From NCBI GenBank assembly GCA_963739455.1, contig CAVUAK010000001.1:231300-295299 (forward strand): a stretch of 64,000 nucleotides of DNA. The letters run 5' to 3'. The DNA is from an uncultured Gemmatimonadales bacterium. Lineage in GTDB: Bacteria; Gemmatimonadota; Gemmatimonadetes; Gemmatimonadales; GWC2-71-9. Of the stretch, positions 1 through 9,707 are shown piece by piece. Under the pieces are notes generated by a model. The model saw nothing but the letters and a program-made list of their open reading frames with translations, had not been told where the DNA came from and did no database searches. Every line of letters begins with the position of its first letter. Positions within the stretch are counted from its first letter, which is position 1. Made by a program: the position numbers and the translations under genes.

Positions 1-252
1 ATTCCCCAGGCGGACGACGCACGGGCATTTGCCATCGATGGTGCATATTCGGACTCGCTGAGGTTCGGCATTGCAGCCGGCACGACACTGATCGCGCTTC
101 AGGGAGCTGCTGAGCGCCCAGGTCTTTACCATCTCCGCATCGACAAGCAGGGTTACCGCACCTGGACACAGGCCGACGTTCGGGTTTTCGCCGACGCTTG
201 TCATGTGCGGACCGTGCAGGTAACGGCGAGGCTGCAGCCCATCGAGCCGTAG
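1..252 (+). CDS. 3' end of a CDS entering from upstream (last ~83 codons), function unknown
   Basis: Frame 1 is open from base 1 to TAG 250-252. The tail ...GLYHLRIDKQGYRTWTQADVRVFADACHVRTVQV... resembles a carboxypeptidase-regulatory/Ig-like beta-sandwich. No start codon in the window. Confidence 0.35.
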   Translation: MPQADDARAFAIDGAYSDSLRFGIAAGTTLIALQGAAERPGLYHLRIDKQGYRTWTQADVRVFADACHVRTVQVTARLQPIEP

Positions 253-370
253 CGCCGCGTAACACTTCCGTTATGTACCCTTCGCCCAACCCACACACGA
301 CGCGCATGCAGCGGTGACAGCAGCCTCCGAAGTTTCCCGGATACTGGTTTACCCAATCCCGGAGCTTCCC

Positions 371-1930
371 ATGCATGTGCGCTGGATTCTGACCGCCGCC
401 GCCGCTCTCGCGGTCGCGGCCGCGTGTAACAAGGATCAGGACAGCGTCGCCCCAGCGGCCGACGCCGATATCGCGCTCAACAAGGGCCACGACCGCGACC
501 GCGGCTTCCGCACCGAGCAGCCCGCCCAGGCCGAAGCCCTGGTCAGCGGCGCCCGCCTGGTGCCGATCCTTACCACTGGTGACATCCTCCCTGGCAGCAA
601 CCTTCCATGGGCCCCGGTCCCCGACGGGTTGGGTGCCTATCGCGACGGGCGCGGCATTGTCGTCTTCGCCAACCATGAAATCACCGCCAGCGGCGTCTCC
701 TCTTCCAACGGCGGGCCATCCTTCCTCTTCTCGCGCGTCTCCCGCCTCACGCTCGATCCGTCGTCACTCAAGGTGCTGGGCGGCGACTACGCTGAGGATG
801 GGAGCGGCGGCTACATCCGCTTCTGTTCCGCCACCTGGGCCGGCGCGAAGGAAGGCCTCCCCACCGGCTTCTTCCTCACTGGCGAGGAGAATGGCGCAAC
901 CGCCAAGGGCTCCGTCGTGCTCGCCGTCAGCGGTCAGGGACAGAAGACCGAACTGCCGCACCTGGGCGCTTTCAGCCATGAGAACACCGTGCCGATCGAC
1001 GGCTATGACCAGGTGGTCGTGCTGGGCACTGATGACTCGCAGGGCCAGTCGGAGCTGTACATGTACGTGGCCAGGAATGAGCGCGCCTTCCTGAGCGGTG
1101 ACCAGTCGAAGGGCCATCTCTACGTCTTCAAGACCGACGCCAAGTCGGTCGCAGGCAACCCGCTCCACTCCGGCAACCTCCAGGTCGGGGAGACGATCAA
1201 GGGTTACTTCGTTCCCATCGATGACCCTGCCGATCTCGGCGCCGCTCCCGCGGACCGCTATGCCCGGTTGCAGGCGAAGGTCGATGCGCTCGGTGCCATG
1301 CCCTTCGTGCGCCTCGAGGACGCTGACTATGTGCCCGGCCGCCGCCATGCGCGTGGCGAACCCACCGCGTACTTCGTGGACACCGGCGCGGAAAGCACCA
1401 CCGGACGCCCACAGGTGGGCGCCGACTGCGGCGGGCCGTGTGATGCCTACGGCTCGATCTACCGCATCGAGCTCTCCGAGAATGATCCCACGAAGTGGGC
1501 TGAGCTGACGCTCGTCGCCCGCTCCTCCGGGCCGAAGAGTGGATGGTCGTCGCCCGACAACATCGCGATCTCCCGGAAGAGCATCATGATCATGGAAGAT
1601 CCCGCCAACACCCAGTGGGACGGCAGCCGCGCTCCCGGCATCTGGAACGCATCACTCTATCCCCGCGGTCGCGTCGGCGCCTTCCAGGAAGTGGCGCAGG
1701 TGACCCAGGAGTCGCTCATTCCCGGCCCCGGCGGCAAGTGCATCGACGCATCCGGCCTCTGCTGGGAGTCGAGTGGCATCATCAGCACCGATGACCTGCT
1801 CGGTCCCGGCACCTGGCTGTTCGATGTGCAGGCACACACCTTCCCGTTCGCCGTCGGCACTGGCGCCGACGCGAAGCAGTATACGAAGGAGAGCGGCCAG
1901 CTCCTGTACCTCCGCGTCCCGGGCAGCTGA
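371..1930 (+). CDS. DUF839/PhoX-like (beta-propeller phosphatase family) lipoprotein
   Basis: ORF 314..1930. ATG 371 gives a signal peptide plus lipobox, MHVRWILTAAAALAVAAAC. Motifs FCSATWAG..FFLTGEE, LGAFSHEN, FVRLEDADY and SPDNIAIS..MEDP resemble PhoX/DUF839 signatures (recalled from memory, not searched). Confidence 0.5.
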   Translation: MHVRWILTAAAALAVAAACNKDQDSVAPAADADIALNKGHDRDRGFRTEQPAQAEALVSGARLVPILTTGDILPGSNLPWAPVPDGLGAYRDGRGIVVFANHEITASGVSSSNGGPSFLFSRVSRLTLDPSSLKVLGGDYAEDGSGGYIRFCSATWAGAKEGLPTGFFLTGEENGATAKGSVVLAVSGQGQKTELPHLGAFSHENTVPIDGYDQVVVLGTDDSQGQSELYMYVARNERAFLSGDQSKGHLYVFKTDAKSVAGNPLHSGNLQVGETIKGYFVPIDDPADLGAAPADRYARLQAKVDALGAMPFVRLEDADYVPGRRHARGEPTAYFVDTGAESTTGRPQVGADCGGPCDAYGSIYRIELSENDPTKWAELTLVARSSGPKSGWSSPDNIAISRKSIMIMEDPANTQWDGSRAPGIWNASLYPRGRVGAFQEVAQVTQESLIPGPGGKCIDASGLCWESSGIISTDDLLGPGTWLFDVQAHTFPFAVGTGADAKQYTKESGQLLYLRVPGS

Positions 1931-1935
1931 TCCCG

Positions 1936-3744
1936 GTGCACAGTCACTCCCTCCGCCCGGTGCTGTTGTCGCTGGCCTGCGCCCTCTCGGCAGGTTGCGA
2001 GGCAACGACGCCGGCGGCGGGAAGCAGTACTCCGCAGGCCAACATCGCGGCGCAGGCCTTTTATCAGGCCGGCCTCGATTCCCTCGCTGTCCGTACTTCC
2101 GCACTGATCATCGCCATCGACGCCATCGATGGCTCGCCTGCCCGGGCCGACTCGGCCCGGCAGGCGTTTGTTCAGGCTCGCAACTCGTACAAGCGCATCG
2201 AGGCCCAGGCTGAGTACTACTCTGCTACGGCAGTGGAGCCGGTCAACGGTCCCTCGCTCGAGGCGGAGGAAGAAGACGATCCCCGGCTCAGCGTGGCGGC
2301 CGATGGCTTCCAGGGCGTCGAGGAAGGACTGTACCCGGAGGTAGACCCGGCCCGGCGCGATTCGCTGCTGAAGATTGCCGCGATGCTTCAGGCCCAGCTC
2401 CCTACGCTCAAGGAGTACGGCCGCCGCGTCTACATGACCGACGCCACGCTCCTCGATGCGATGCGCCAGGAACTGGTGCGCATCCAGGTACTCACCCTGT
2501 CCGGCTTTGATTCACCACTGGCGCAGCATGGGCTGGAGGAAGCAGTCGCGGCCCTCTCGGGACTTCGCGATCTCGCCTGGCTGGTGGCACCCAACGTCGC
2601 GACAAATGAGCGTGCCGCCTTCCTCCTGGAGCTGGAGCGCACTGCACGCGCCCTCGAGGGCAGCGACTGGGACCGCTTCGACCGGCTGGGGTTCTACCGC
2701 GAGCGCGTCCCGCCACTCTCAACCGCGCTGGCGCAGTTCCGGATCGCGGCCCGCATCCCATCGCCGCCCGACGCCCGCATCTGGCGCGCAGAGGCCTCGT
2801 CGGTGTTCGAGGCTGGTGCCTTCGATCCCTACGCGCCTTCCGAGCAATGGGTGGGACGTCCCGACTCGGCCCGCATCGCCGAGGGCCGCCGGCTGTTCTT
2901 CGATGCCCGCATGTCCGGCAGCGGCGCGCGAAGCTGCAGCACCTGTCACCAGCCCGGGCGCGCCTTCACCGATGGTCTCGCGCGCAGTGCACCGCTCGCG
3001 ACATCGCCTCATGCCGTCCTGCGAAACGCGCCCACTCTCATCAACAGCGGACTGCAGACGTCGAACTTCTACGACCTGCGCACTGAGACCCTCGAAGGAC
3101 AGGTCGGCGAGGTGGTGAGAAACCGGGATGAGATGCACGGCGATCCCCAGGTCAGCAGCGATACTCGGCAGGCGATCGCCGCGTACGTGCGCTCGCTCAC
3201 TTCACTCAACAGCCGCTTCGATCGCTATGTCCGGGGAGAAGATGTGGAGTACACCGCCGAGGAACGCCTCGGCTTCAATCTCTTCATGGGCAAGGGCCTC
3301 TGCGGGACCTGTCACTTCGCACCACTCTTCAATGGCACCGTGCCTCCCGCCTACACCCAGACCGAGTCGGAAGTCATCGGCGTGCCGTCACGTGCGCAGA
3401 CGCGGAACGCCACCATCGACCCCGATCTGGGCCGGATCGCCATTACCCGACGTCCCACGCAGAAGCACGCGTTCAAGACCCCGACGCTTCGCAACGTCGA
3501 ACTCACCGCACCCTATATGCACAATGGGGTTTATCGAACGCTGGAGGAGGTCCTGGACTTCTACAATCGAGGCGGGGGGGTGGGGATCGGAAGCCAGGTA
3601 CCTAACCAGACACTGCCCTTCGACAAGCTGGACCTCACAATCGCAGAGCAGCGCGCGATCATCGCCTTCCTTCGCACACTGACCGACACCACTGGGCTCG
3701 GAGGCAACCTCAAGGTCGTCACTGTCGCGACAACAAAACAGTGA
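1936..3744 (+). CDS. di-haem cytochrome c peroxidase (CCP/MauG family) lipoprotein with a ~300-aa N-terminal extension
   Basis: GTG start 6 nt after the upstream stop. Lipobox LSAGC. Two CxxCH haem motifs (CSTCHQ, CGTCHF). Typical KTPTLRNVELTAPYMHNGVYRTLEEVLDFYNRGGG block. Confidence 0.85.
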   Translation: MHSHSLRPVLLSLACALSAGCEATTPAAGSSTPQANIAAQAFYQAGLDSLAVRTSALIIAIDAIDGSPARADSARQAFVQARNSYKRIEAQAEYYSATAVEPVNGPSLEAEEEDDPRLSVAADGFQGVEEGLYPEVDPARRDSLLKIAAMLQAQLPTLKEYGRRVYMTDATLLDAMRQELVRIQVLTLSGFDSPLAQHGLEEAVAALSGLRDLAWLVAPNVATNERAAFLLELERTARALEGSDWDRFDRLGFYRERVPPLSTALAQFRIAARIPSPPDARIWRAEASSVFEAGAFDPYAPSEQWVGRPDSARIAEGRRLFFDARMSGSGARSCSTCHQPGRAFTDGLARSAPLATSPHAVLRNAPTLINSGLQTSNFYDLRTETLEGQVGEVVRNRDEMHGDPQVSSDTRQAIAAYVRSLTSLNSRFDRYVRGEDVEYTAEERLGFNLFMGKGLCGTCHFAPLFNGTVPPAYTQTESEVIGVPSRAQTRNATIDPDLGRIAITRRPTQKHAFKTPTLRNVELTAPYMHNGVYRTLEEVLDFYNRGGGVGIGSQVPNQTLPFDKLDLTIAEQRAIIAFLRTLTDTTGLGGNLKVVTVATTKQ

Positions 3745-3990
3745 TCAGCGCGTGGAATTTTCGCGGCGCGGCTTGGAGCTGTGATGTAACTGCTTTGGCA
3801 TCGCTAGGTTGCGCGGCCCATGATCCGAGTTCAATCCCCACCATTCGATCGGCTCCGCCCACAGCGCGGCATACGTGCGGGCCAAGCGGATCGCCGATTC
3901 CGTCGAATAGGGCTCGCGGATCTCTTCGATCGTACCGGTCCGCGTTCCGCGCACAACGATGCCCTCGGGGAACCACTCGTCTGTAAGCAT
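3745..3990 (-). CDS. small hypothetical protein, possibly a degenerate DUF433-like remnant
   Basis: 81-aa ORF in a lower-GC spacer. The ...VVRGTRTGTIEEIREPY..AIRLARTYAA string weakly recalls DUF433 (RGTR..EEI..Y). An adjacent frame (3719..4042) may be its shifted N-terminus. Weak support. Confidence 0.2.
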   Translation of the reverse strand: MLTDEWFPEGIVVRGTRTGTIEEIREPYSTESAIRLARTYAALWAEPIEWWGLNSDHGPRNLAMPKQLHHSSKPRRENSTR

Positions 3991-4044
3991 CGCCGATACT
4001 GCAGCCCGGGACTGCGTTCGTCCAGTAGCCCCGATGTAACACTC

Positions 4045-4066
4045 CCCTGTTCCCTGTTCCCTGTTC
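4045..4066. repeat. CCCTGTT heptamer tandem repeat, 3 copies (family A)
   Basis: ccctgtt ccctgtt ccctgtt c read directly. It abuts the TAG stop (4066-4068) of the minus-strand gene. Confidence 0.9.
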
Positions 4067-4626
4067 TACTGCCCCACCTTCGGCATGCTTGGAAGCGGCG
4101 CAATGGCCTCGGACGCCGGGGGCGCCGGCGGACGGGCCATCGCCGTCGTACCGGTGGACCGAACCCGGCGTGGGGCAGCCTCGTGCAATGCGCTGGTGAC
4201 GGCCGGCCGGTGTTGCATCGCCGTCACCGAGTCACGCAGGTGACTCACCTCTATCGAGAGCGAGTCGTACCGCAGGCGAGCCGCCGCCAGCTCGACCGCC
4301 ACCGTCGAGTCGGCTTGTCCATGCTCTTTCCGGCCCGGACGCCCGGCCACCATGCCGATGGCGAACAGGCCCGCAGCCGCAAACGCCAGAGGCACGCCTG
4401 GCCACGTGGTGAGGCCATCGAGCGGTCCTGGCTTGTCCTCGTACAGCTCACCGAACATCGGGCGCACGTCGGCGGTCCGCTTGGTGCTGGGGGCTGCCTT
4501 CGGCGTGAGTGCCCGCAGTTCCTCCAGTTCGACGCGCATGCGTGCTGACTGTCGCGCAATCTGTACGACAGCGATCACGCTCGCCGCGATGGCAGCGACC
4601 CAGAGAAGGAGACTGAAGAGATTCAT
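4066..4626 (-). CDS. hypothetical membrane protein (two predicted TM helices)
   Basis: ORF 4066..4668. An internal ATG at 4626 gives MNLFSLLLWVAAIAASVIAVV (TM1). Second hydrophobic stretch is GVPLAFAAAGLFAIGMVAG. No recognisable family. Confidence 0.5.
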   Translation of the reverse strand: MNLFSLLLWVAAIAASVIAVVQIARQSARMRVELEELRALTPKAAPSTKRTADVRPMFGELYEDKPGPLDGLTTWPGVPLAFAAAGLFAIGMVAGRPGRKEHGQADSTVAVELAAARLRYDSLSIEVSHLRDSVTAMQHRPAVTSALHEAAPRRVRSTGTTAMARPPAPPASEAIAPLPSMPKVGQ

Positions 4627-4744
4627 GACTCGTCCATGTCGGGAGGCCTGAAACAGCCCACCCCACAATTGACAGCCACTTCGTCACGGGAACATCGCCG
4701 CCAAGTCACACACGCATCCCACCCCAGCTGTTCCCTGGTCCGGC

Positions 4745-5911
4745 CTACGCCCTCCGCATCAGCGAAAGCACCAGCTCACTGAGGATGAGCAACACGATGA
4801 TGATCTCGAGCGCTTGCGACCGCGCCGCCACCGCCATGTCGTTCAGTGCCTCGGCCATGGTGCGGGCCAGCATCAGCTTGCGCTCCACACTCTGCCGCCA
4901 TGCCGGTTCATTCATCACGTCGAGGACAGCCCGGTAAATCCTCGCCAGGTAGATGTCATCAGTAATGCGCAGCGCGTTGGTTGCCTGCTCGATCAGGCGC
5001 GAGGTCTTTGCGGTGAGCTGGTGGACTTCCGTCACCAGCCGCTGCGAGCGGCGCGCGAACAGCGCGCCCGGGCCTACACCCATCGCCGTGGCACGGGCTT
5101 CGAGTTGCGGGACCCGGCTTTCCAGGATCGCATCGTACACTTCGAGTTCCAGCAGCTGCGCATTGGCAAACTCGATCAGGAGCTCGACGTCGTGGTCGGT
5201 GGCGTCCGGCTCCACCACAAGAGCGGCGTCGTAGGCAACGATGGTGCGGTCCAGCTGCGTGTATCGAAAGTCTCGCCCGAGCAGGCTCTCGCGCGCCGCC
5301 GGCGCCAGCGCCCGCGGCTCGCCGAGCAGAAGGCGTGGGATATCCGATTCGCCAAAGTCCCCCTCTGGTTCGCGGCTGAGCCGCAGGATGGCATACTCCT
5401 CGTTCACCGGGCTTCGATCCGGCTCCTGGATCGCCGGACCCAGCAATGACTCCACGCTGCTCACGAGCGGATCACTCCAACCCCGTGTGTCAGCCCCGTG
5501 GATCATGTCGGCAATCACGGGTACGAGCTCCGCCCAGCTCTGCTCCGGTTTCCAGGTCAGGATGCGTCGACAGCTCACCACGCCGAAGTCGTAAACCGCG
5601 ACATGCAGCGCCTCCGACCACCCTGAGGGAGCGGCTGCCCCGGATAGGCTGGGCAGCTCCTCCGAGAAGTCGAGAATCAGGGGTGGTACCGGGATCCGGA
5701 TGCTTCCCTTGGCCTCGTTGCGACGCAGCACCGGACGACGACCCGCCCGCCCCGCCGAGCGTATCCGTGCCTCGGCGATCGCAAGATCAATGCGTTCGCC
5801 AACGTCAACCAGCTGTGTCAGGGTGAGCATTCCCGGCGGGGCGATGGGCATCGTGTACGATAGCCACTCAGCCGAACTTGCGCGCCGGAGCCGAATCACG
5901 CCGCCCGTCAT
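4745..5911 (-). CDS. DUF155/RMD1 (YagE)-like protein with a C-terminal TM helix
   Basis: 388-aa ORF. The overall pattern and the C-terminal ...SQALEIIIVLLILSELVLSLMRRA anchor are typical of DUF155 proteins (recalled, not searched). Confidence 0.4.
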   Translation of the reverse strand: MTGGVIRLRRASSAEWLSYTMPIAPPGMLTLTQLVDVGERIDLAIAEARIRSAGRAGRRPVLRRNEAKGSIRIPVPPLILDFSEELPSLSGAAAPSGWSEALHVAVYDFGVVSCRRILTWKPEQSWAELVPVIADMIHGADTRGWSDPLVSSVESLLGPAIQEPDRSPVNEEYAILRLSREPEGDFGESDIPRLLLGEPRALAPAARESLLGRDFRYTQLDRTIVAYDAALVVEPDATDHDVELLIEFANAQLLELEVYDAILESRVPQLEARATAMGVGPGALFARRSQRLVTEVHQLTAKTSRLIEQATNALRITDDIYLARIYRAVLDVMNEPAWRQSVERKLMLARTMAEALNDMAVAARSQALEIIIVLLILSELVLSLMRRA

Positions 5912-5914
5912 CGG

Positions 5915-6292
5915 CTAGTCGCTCCCACCGATCAGGACTGAGATCTCCATGGGCGAGATGCCCTCGCTCGGGAGGTCGAGCGTGGGCGCGTGACACACGT
6001 GGTTGACCTTGACCCAATACCTGCCGGCCGGCACGTTGCGGATCGTCACCATGTAGGAATGCTCCTCCAGGTTGGCGGCGCTCTCCGCACCCTCGTAGCG
6101 CGCCACCACATGCAGGTTGATCTTCTGCCGATGGCGGTTCGCGTGTGCGCTCAACGCCCATCGGCCCATCCCCACGCTGAGGCTGCCGCGCACCACCACC
6201 GTTCCTGGTCCACCTTCCGCTCCCACACTCGGACGCCCAGTCGCTGCTGCGCCAGTCTGGCTCTGGAACTCCGTCGGAAGCCGGTGCGCCAT
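5915..6292 (-). CDS. small hypothetical beta-sandwich-like protein, last gene of the TBDR operon
   Basis: 125-aa ORF whose ATG overlaps the upstream stop as TAATG (6290-6294). The YMVTIRNVPAGRYWVKV strand pattern is CarboxypepD_reg-like. No signal peptide. Confidence 0.5.
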   Translation of the reverse strand: MAHRLPTEFQSQTGAAATGRPSVGAEGGPGTVVVRGSLSVGMGRWALSAHANRHRQKINLHVVARYEGAESAANLEEHSYMVTIRNVPAGRYWVKVNHVCHAPTLDLPSEGISPMEISVLIGGSD

Positions 6293-8397
6293 TACCAGCC
6301 CACCGTCCAGCCGGTGAACCAGGGAACCACGTTGCCTTCGATCGGGGCACCACCCGTGTAGGTGAGCGTCGGATCGAAGAAGCCGGTGATCGGAATCGGT
6401 CCGCCGGTCGATGCCGCGCTACCGGGCATTGGACGGAAGTCGGGCGTGAGCGTCAGGAAGGGTGCGGCAAGGCCGGGGTTAGTCACGATATTGCCGAGTG
6501 ACGGGGTCAGGGCGTACGCCGCCTCATCGATGCAGTCCACATCGTCTGAGAAGTTGGGCTGTCCCTGGAAGAAGATGCTTGCCCGTACCGTGAGGCTGTC
6601 CGCTGTAAGCGCACAGCCTTGTGCCCCATCGATCTGCAGGCCGGCGCCGGAGGTGCGCAGGATGACCGCATTGCTGATCAACCCGCCGGTGCCGTGGCCA
6701 AGCAGCAGTCCCGGCGCATTCGTCTCCGTCCCCAGCGCGCCAATCACCGTGAGGTTGTAGATCGTCGGATACGTGAGGCGACGCGCCGAAGCGCTTCCGT
6801 CCGCGTTGCTCCCCAGCACCGCTGGACTGGCCGAGGCAGGCTGCTGCACGATCACGTTCTGGGCTCGGCCCTGCCATCCGTTGCTCCACCGGAGCCCGGT
6901 GCCAAGGTTGCCGGTCAGGAGCACCGCCCGGAATTCCGCACGGCCGCCCGACACGTACATCCCGTCACCGAAACTGTTGGCCACCTGGATGGTGTCCATG
7001 ACGGTGCCGCTGCCCACGCCAAGCAGCGACAGGCCCGGCGTGATGACGCCCTCTGCCGTCGCCATGCCGGCATTCTCGATCCTCACGTATCGCAGGGTGC
7101 CACTGTTGAACCCGTCCTGGCATCCACCGTAGTAGCCAAGGTTCCCCGGCGACGCTTTCTGCGGACAGGGCTCGATCTCGTTTCCACTGCTCATGCCGTC
7201 ATTGTTGAGCACTCCAGGACCGTTGATGTTGAGCCCGCCCCAGCAGCCGGGATGCATTGATGGCGTGCAGCTGAATACCACCGGCTGCAGTCGGGTGCCG
7301 ATCGCGACGATCTTCGCGCCCCGCAGGACGGCCAGCCTGCCGGCGGTCGCGGTCTGCCCCTCGATGCGCGTCCCGGCCTCGATCGTGAGCGTCACACCGT
7401 TCTCCACGCTCACCACGCCATCGAGTTCGTAGACCGTGTCGCGTCGGAGCGTGCGATCCGCACTGATGACGCCGCTGAGTACCGCACGCAGGCCCGGCAC
7501 CACCCGGCCCGGAATCGGTCGTCCCACAATTGGTGCCGGCTGGCCCACCGACGCATTCGCGATCGCAAGGGCATCGAGCAGGTTGATCACGAACGTTCCG
7601 TTCAGCTCCCGGCCCGGCGGATTCGCATCGTCGGGCTCGCCAAGGCCTGGCAGGTTGGCCGGCTCGACGTTGGCCGCTATGACGTTGTCATTGGCCGCAT
7701 TGGTGATCAGCGACTGGCTCCCGACGCCAACGTCCGCCGCCGCCAGGGCATCGAGCAGGGTGATGGAGCCGTCCAGCGTCGCGTCGCCGTAGATGGTGCC
7801 GGCGCCGGCCACGAACACGATCGACCTGGCCGGCGCCCGCTCACCGAGTTCCACTGCCCAGGCGTTGATGTCCATCATCCGGCCATCGGACCGCGGCAGT
7901 CCATTGTCCACCTCGGTCCCACCATGCACCACCAGGACGACAAGCCGTCCATCCGCCCCGACGCTCAGCGTCGGGCCCAGCCGCAGCGCGTCCGCGTAGC
8001 CCGGCGCGAGCACCCGGAAGGTCAGGACCACCATCCGCTCGGGGAGTGGCCCCAGCCCGAAAGTGATCAGCCGAAGCCGGGAGGACGGTGAGTCCTGCGT
8101 TGCTGCCATGGTGTAGCTGCCGGGTTCCACGATCTGGCCAGCGTACGCGAGCTGGCGCGAATCGAAGAGCAAGTCGGCTTCGAGCCCGCGCAGCCCACGG
8201 TCGAGGCCCCGCGCGCGAATCGCGACGGCGACCACCGCACCGACCGGCGCGGCGCGATCGGACACGACCACTTCGAGCGCAGGGGCATCCGAGGTGGCGT
8301 CAGGCTCCGGCGGCACATCCCGTCCACAACTCGCGAGTGCTATCGCGAGCAGCAGCGAGGCCAACACGCGCGGCGCGGCCAGCGCAGAATGCCTCAC
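6292..8397 (-). CDS. surface lipoprotein: cohesin-like N-domain, dockerin-like EF-hand pair, beta-helix-like C-region (paralog of 9708..12131)
   Basis: 701 aa. Lipobox LAIALASC. GDATLDGSITLLDAL and LNGTFVINLLDAL segments. FGDGMYVSGG..LRWSNGWQGRAQ block shared with the 807-aa paralog. C-terminal VPWFTGWTVGW. GTGA overlap with the upstream gene. Confidence 0.7.
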   Translation of the reverse strand: MRHSALAAPRVLASLLLAIALASCGRDVPPEPDATSDAPALEVVVSDRAAPVGAVVAVAIRARGLDRGLRGLEADLLFDSRQLAYAGQIVEPGSYTMAATQDSPSSRLRLITFGLGPLPERMVVLTFRVLAPGYADALRLGPTLSVGADGRLVVLVVHGGTEVDNGLPRSDGRMMDINAWAVELGERAPARSIVFVAGAGTIYGDATLDGSITLLDALAAADVGVGSQSLITNAANDNVIAANVEPANLPGLGEPDDANPPGRELNGTFVINLLDALAIANASVGQPAPIVGRPIPGRVVPGLRAVLSGVISADRTLRRDTVYELDGVVSVENGVTLTIEAGTRIEGQTATAGRLAVLRGAKIVAIGTRLQPVVFSCTPSMHPGCWGGLNINGPGVLNNDGMSSGNEIEPCPQKASPGNLGYYGGCQDGFNSGTLRYVRIENAGMATAEGVITPGLSLLGVGSGTVMDTIQVANSFGDGMYVSGGRAEFRAVLLTGNLGTGLRWSNGWQGRAQNVIVQQPASASPAVLGSNADGSASARRLTYPTIYNLTVIGALGTETNAPGLLLGHGTGGLISNAVILRTSGAGLQIDGAQGCALTADSLTVRASIFFQGQPNFSDDVDCIDEAAYALTPSLGNIVTNPGLAAPFLTLTPDFRPMPGSAASTGGPIPITGFFDPTLTYTGGAPIEGNVVPWFTGWTVGW

Positions 8398-9677
8398 TGG
8401 AACGTGTCCATGTCTTCGATCCGGGTGAAATTGCCCCGCGCATCCACCACATACAGGATGATGCCGTACACGTCGGTGTACGCGATGCTGTTGCCTAGTG
8501 GCAGGTCGGGCACCTGCGTGCCGAGATAGCCGGGTGTGTTGTAGATGCCGATGTCCTGCTTGCCATCGGGCGGGCCCAGGATCCCGTCCCGCAGCACCGC
8601 CGCCACGAAGAAGCCCACCTGGTCGCCCTCCGGATCCGCAACGGAGAAGTGCGTCTTGAGTACGTCTGGGCCGTTCAGCACCGCGTTGAAATCGCTGACA
8701 CCCGGGCGTGATCCCGCCTCGTCCCGGAGCGGCTGCTCCACCGTCACCGACGTATTGCCGAAGTTGTCGTCCACCCGGAGCGAAGCGCAGCGCCCGGCGA
8801 GCTCTGCGTCCGGCAGCCCGACCTCGAACGCCCCGATGATCGTCGCCGAGTCCGCGAACCCCGTGCGCCCATCGAGCAGCCCGCCCCGCACGCGCACACC
8901 GCCAGGCAGCACTGACGCACCGTGGCAGTCCGTGATGTCCCAGTAGTAGTTGGTCAGGTTTCGGTTGGGTGAGGTGACCCGCGCAATGAAGACGCCCGCC
9001 CCGTCATGGTACGATGGGTTGAACGACAGGATGGAGGGACGCTGCGTCGGCGACGAGCAGATGGCGTTGAAGCTGACGTCGGTCCCGCCATCCTCGCTCA
9101 CGGTCACCGTGCGTGACGAACCGCCGTCGTTCACGAAGGTGCAGTTGCTGCTCACGTGCTGCAGCGAGACGGTATACGTGCCTGCCGGAAGCTCAGGGAG
9201 CAGTACCGCGGAGTTTGCGCCGACCACTCCATGTGCCTCGGCGGCGGCCCCACTCACCTGCCACACATACATGCTGTCGTTCGCGACACCAGTGGTGTTG
9301 ACGGTGATGCTCAGCGACGCACCGCACACCACGAAGAACCGGCTCAGTGCCGTGTTGGTGCCCTCCGGAATGACGAGCACATCCGTCGTGCCGTACCGGC
9401 TGCGGCATTGTGTCGGAAGGTCCTGCAGTTCGATCGAGTAGGTTGACGGCGCTACCGAGAGGATGATGGTGTCGGTCGGCGCCGCCGTGATCGTGGTGTC
9501 GAGCATCTTGAGGGTGGAAAGGTCGCGCACGTGATACCGGTACTGTTGTGCCAGCTGGGTACCCTGCGGCTTTGCCACGATGGCCAGGTACGGTGGTCCT
9601 GCCGATGATGGCTCTGCCGCGTTGCTGCACGCAGCAAGTGCCCCGGCTGTGAAAAGCAGCCGGAGCACCCGCCACAT
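8394..9677 (-). CDS. lipoprotein with Cys-bracketed Ig-like repeats, unknown function
   Basis: ORF 8394..9695 (TTG). ATG 9677 gives MWRVLRLLFTAGALAAC (lipobox). Modules such as PAGTYTVSLQHVSSNC...VSFNAICS. Confidence 0.65.
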   Translation of the reverse strand: MWRVLRLLFTAGALAACSNAAEPSSAGPPYLAIVAKPQGTQLAQQYRYHVRDLSTLKMLDTTITAAPTDTIILSVAPSTYSIELQDLPTQCRSRYGTTDVLVIPEGTNTALSRFFVVCGASLSITVNTTGVANDSMYVWQVSGAAAEAHGVVGANSAVLLPELPAGTYTVSLQHVSSNCTFVNDGGSSRTVTVSEDGGTDVSFNAICSSPTQRPSILSFNPSYHDGAGVFIARVTSPNRNLTNYYWDITDCHGASVLPGGVRVRGGLLDGRTGFADSATIIGAFEVGLPDAELAGRCASLRVDDNFGNTSVTVEQPLRDEAGSRPGVSDFNAVLNGPDVLKTHFSVADPEGDQVGFFVAAVLRDGILGPPDGKQDIGIYNTPGYLGTQVPDLPLGNSIAYTDVYGIILYVVDARGNFTRIEDMDTFQ

Positions 9678-9707
9678 ACACACTGCCTTGTTCAACTGCG
9701 CACTACC

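Noticed and set aside
3826-3846. tRNA-like T-loop string gagttcaatccccacca in the low-GC spacer. It could be a tRNA gene or an att-site remnant of an integrated element.
   Set aside because: No T-stem or acceptor-stem pairing can be drawn around it. No 70-90-nt cloverleaf fits. No integrase or direct-repeat partner is present in the window.
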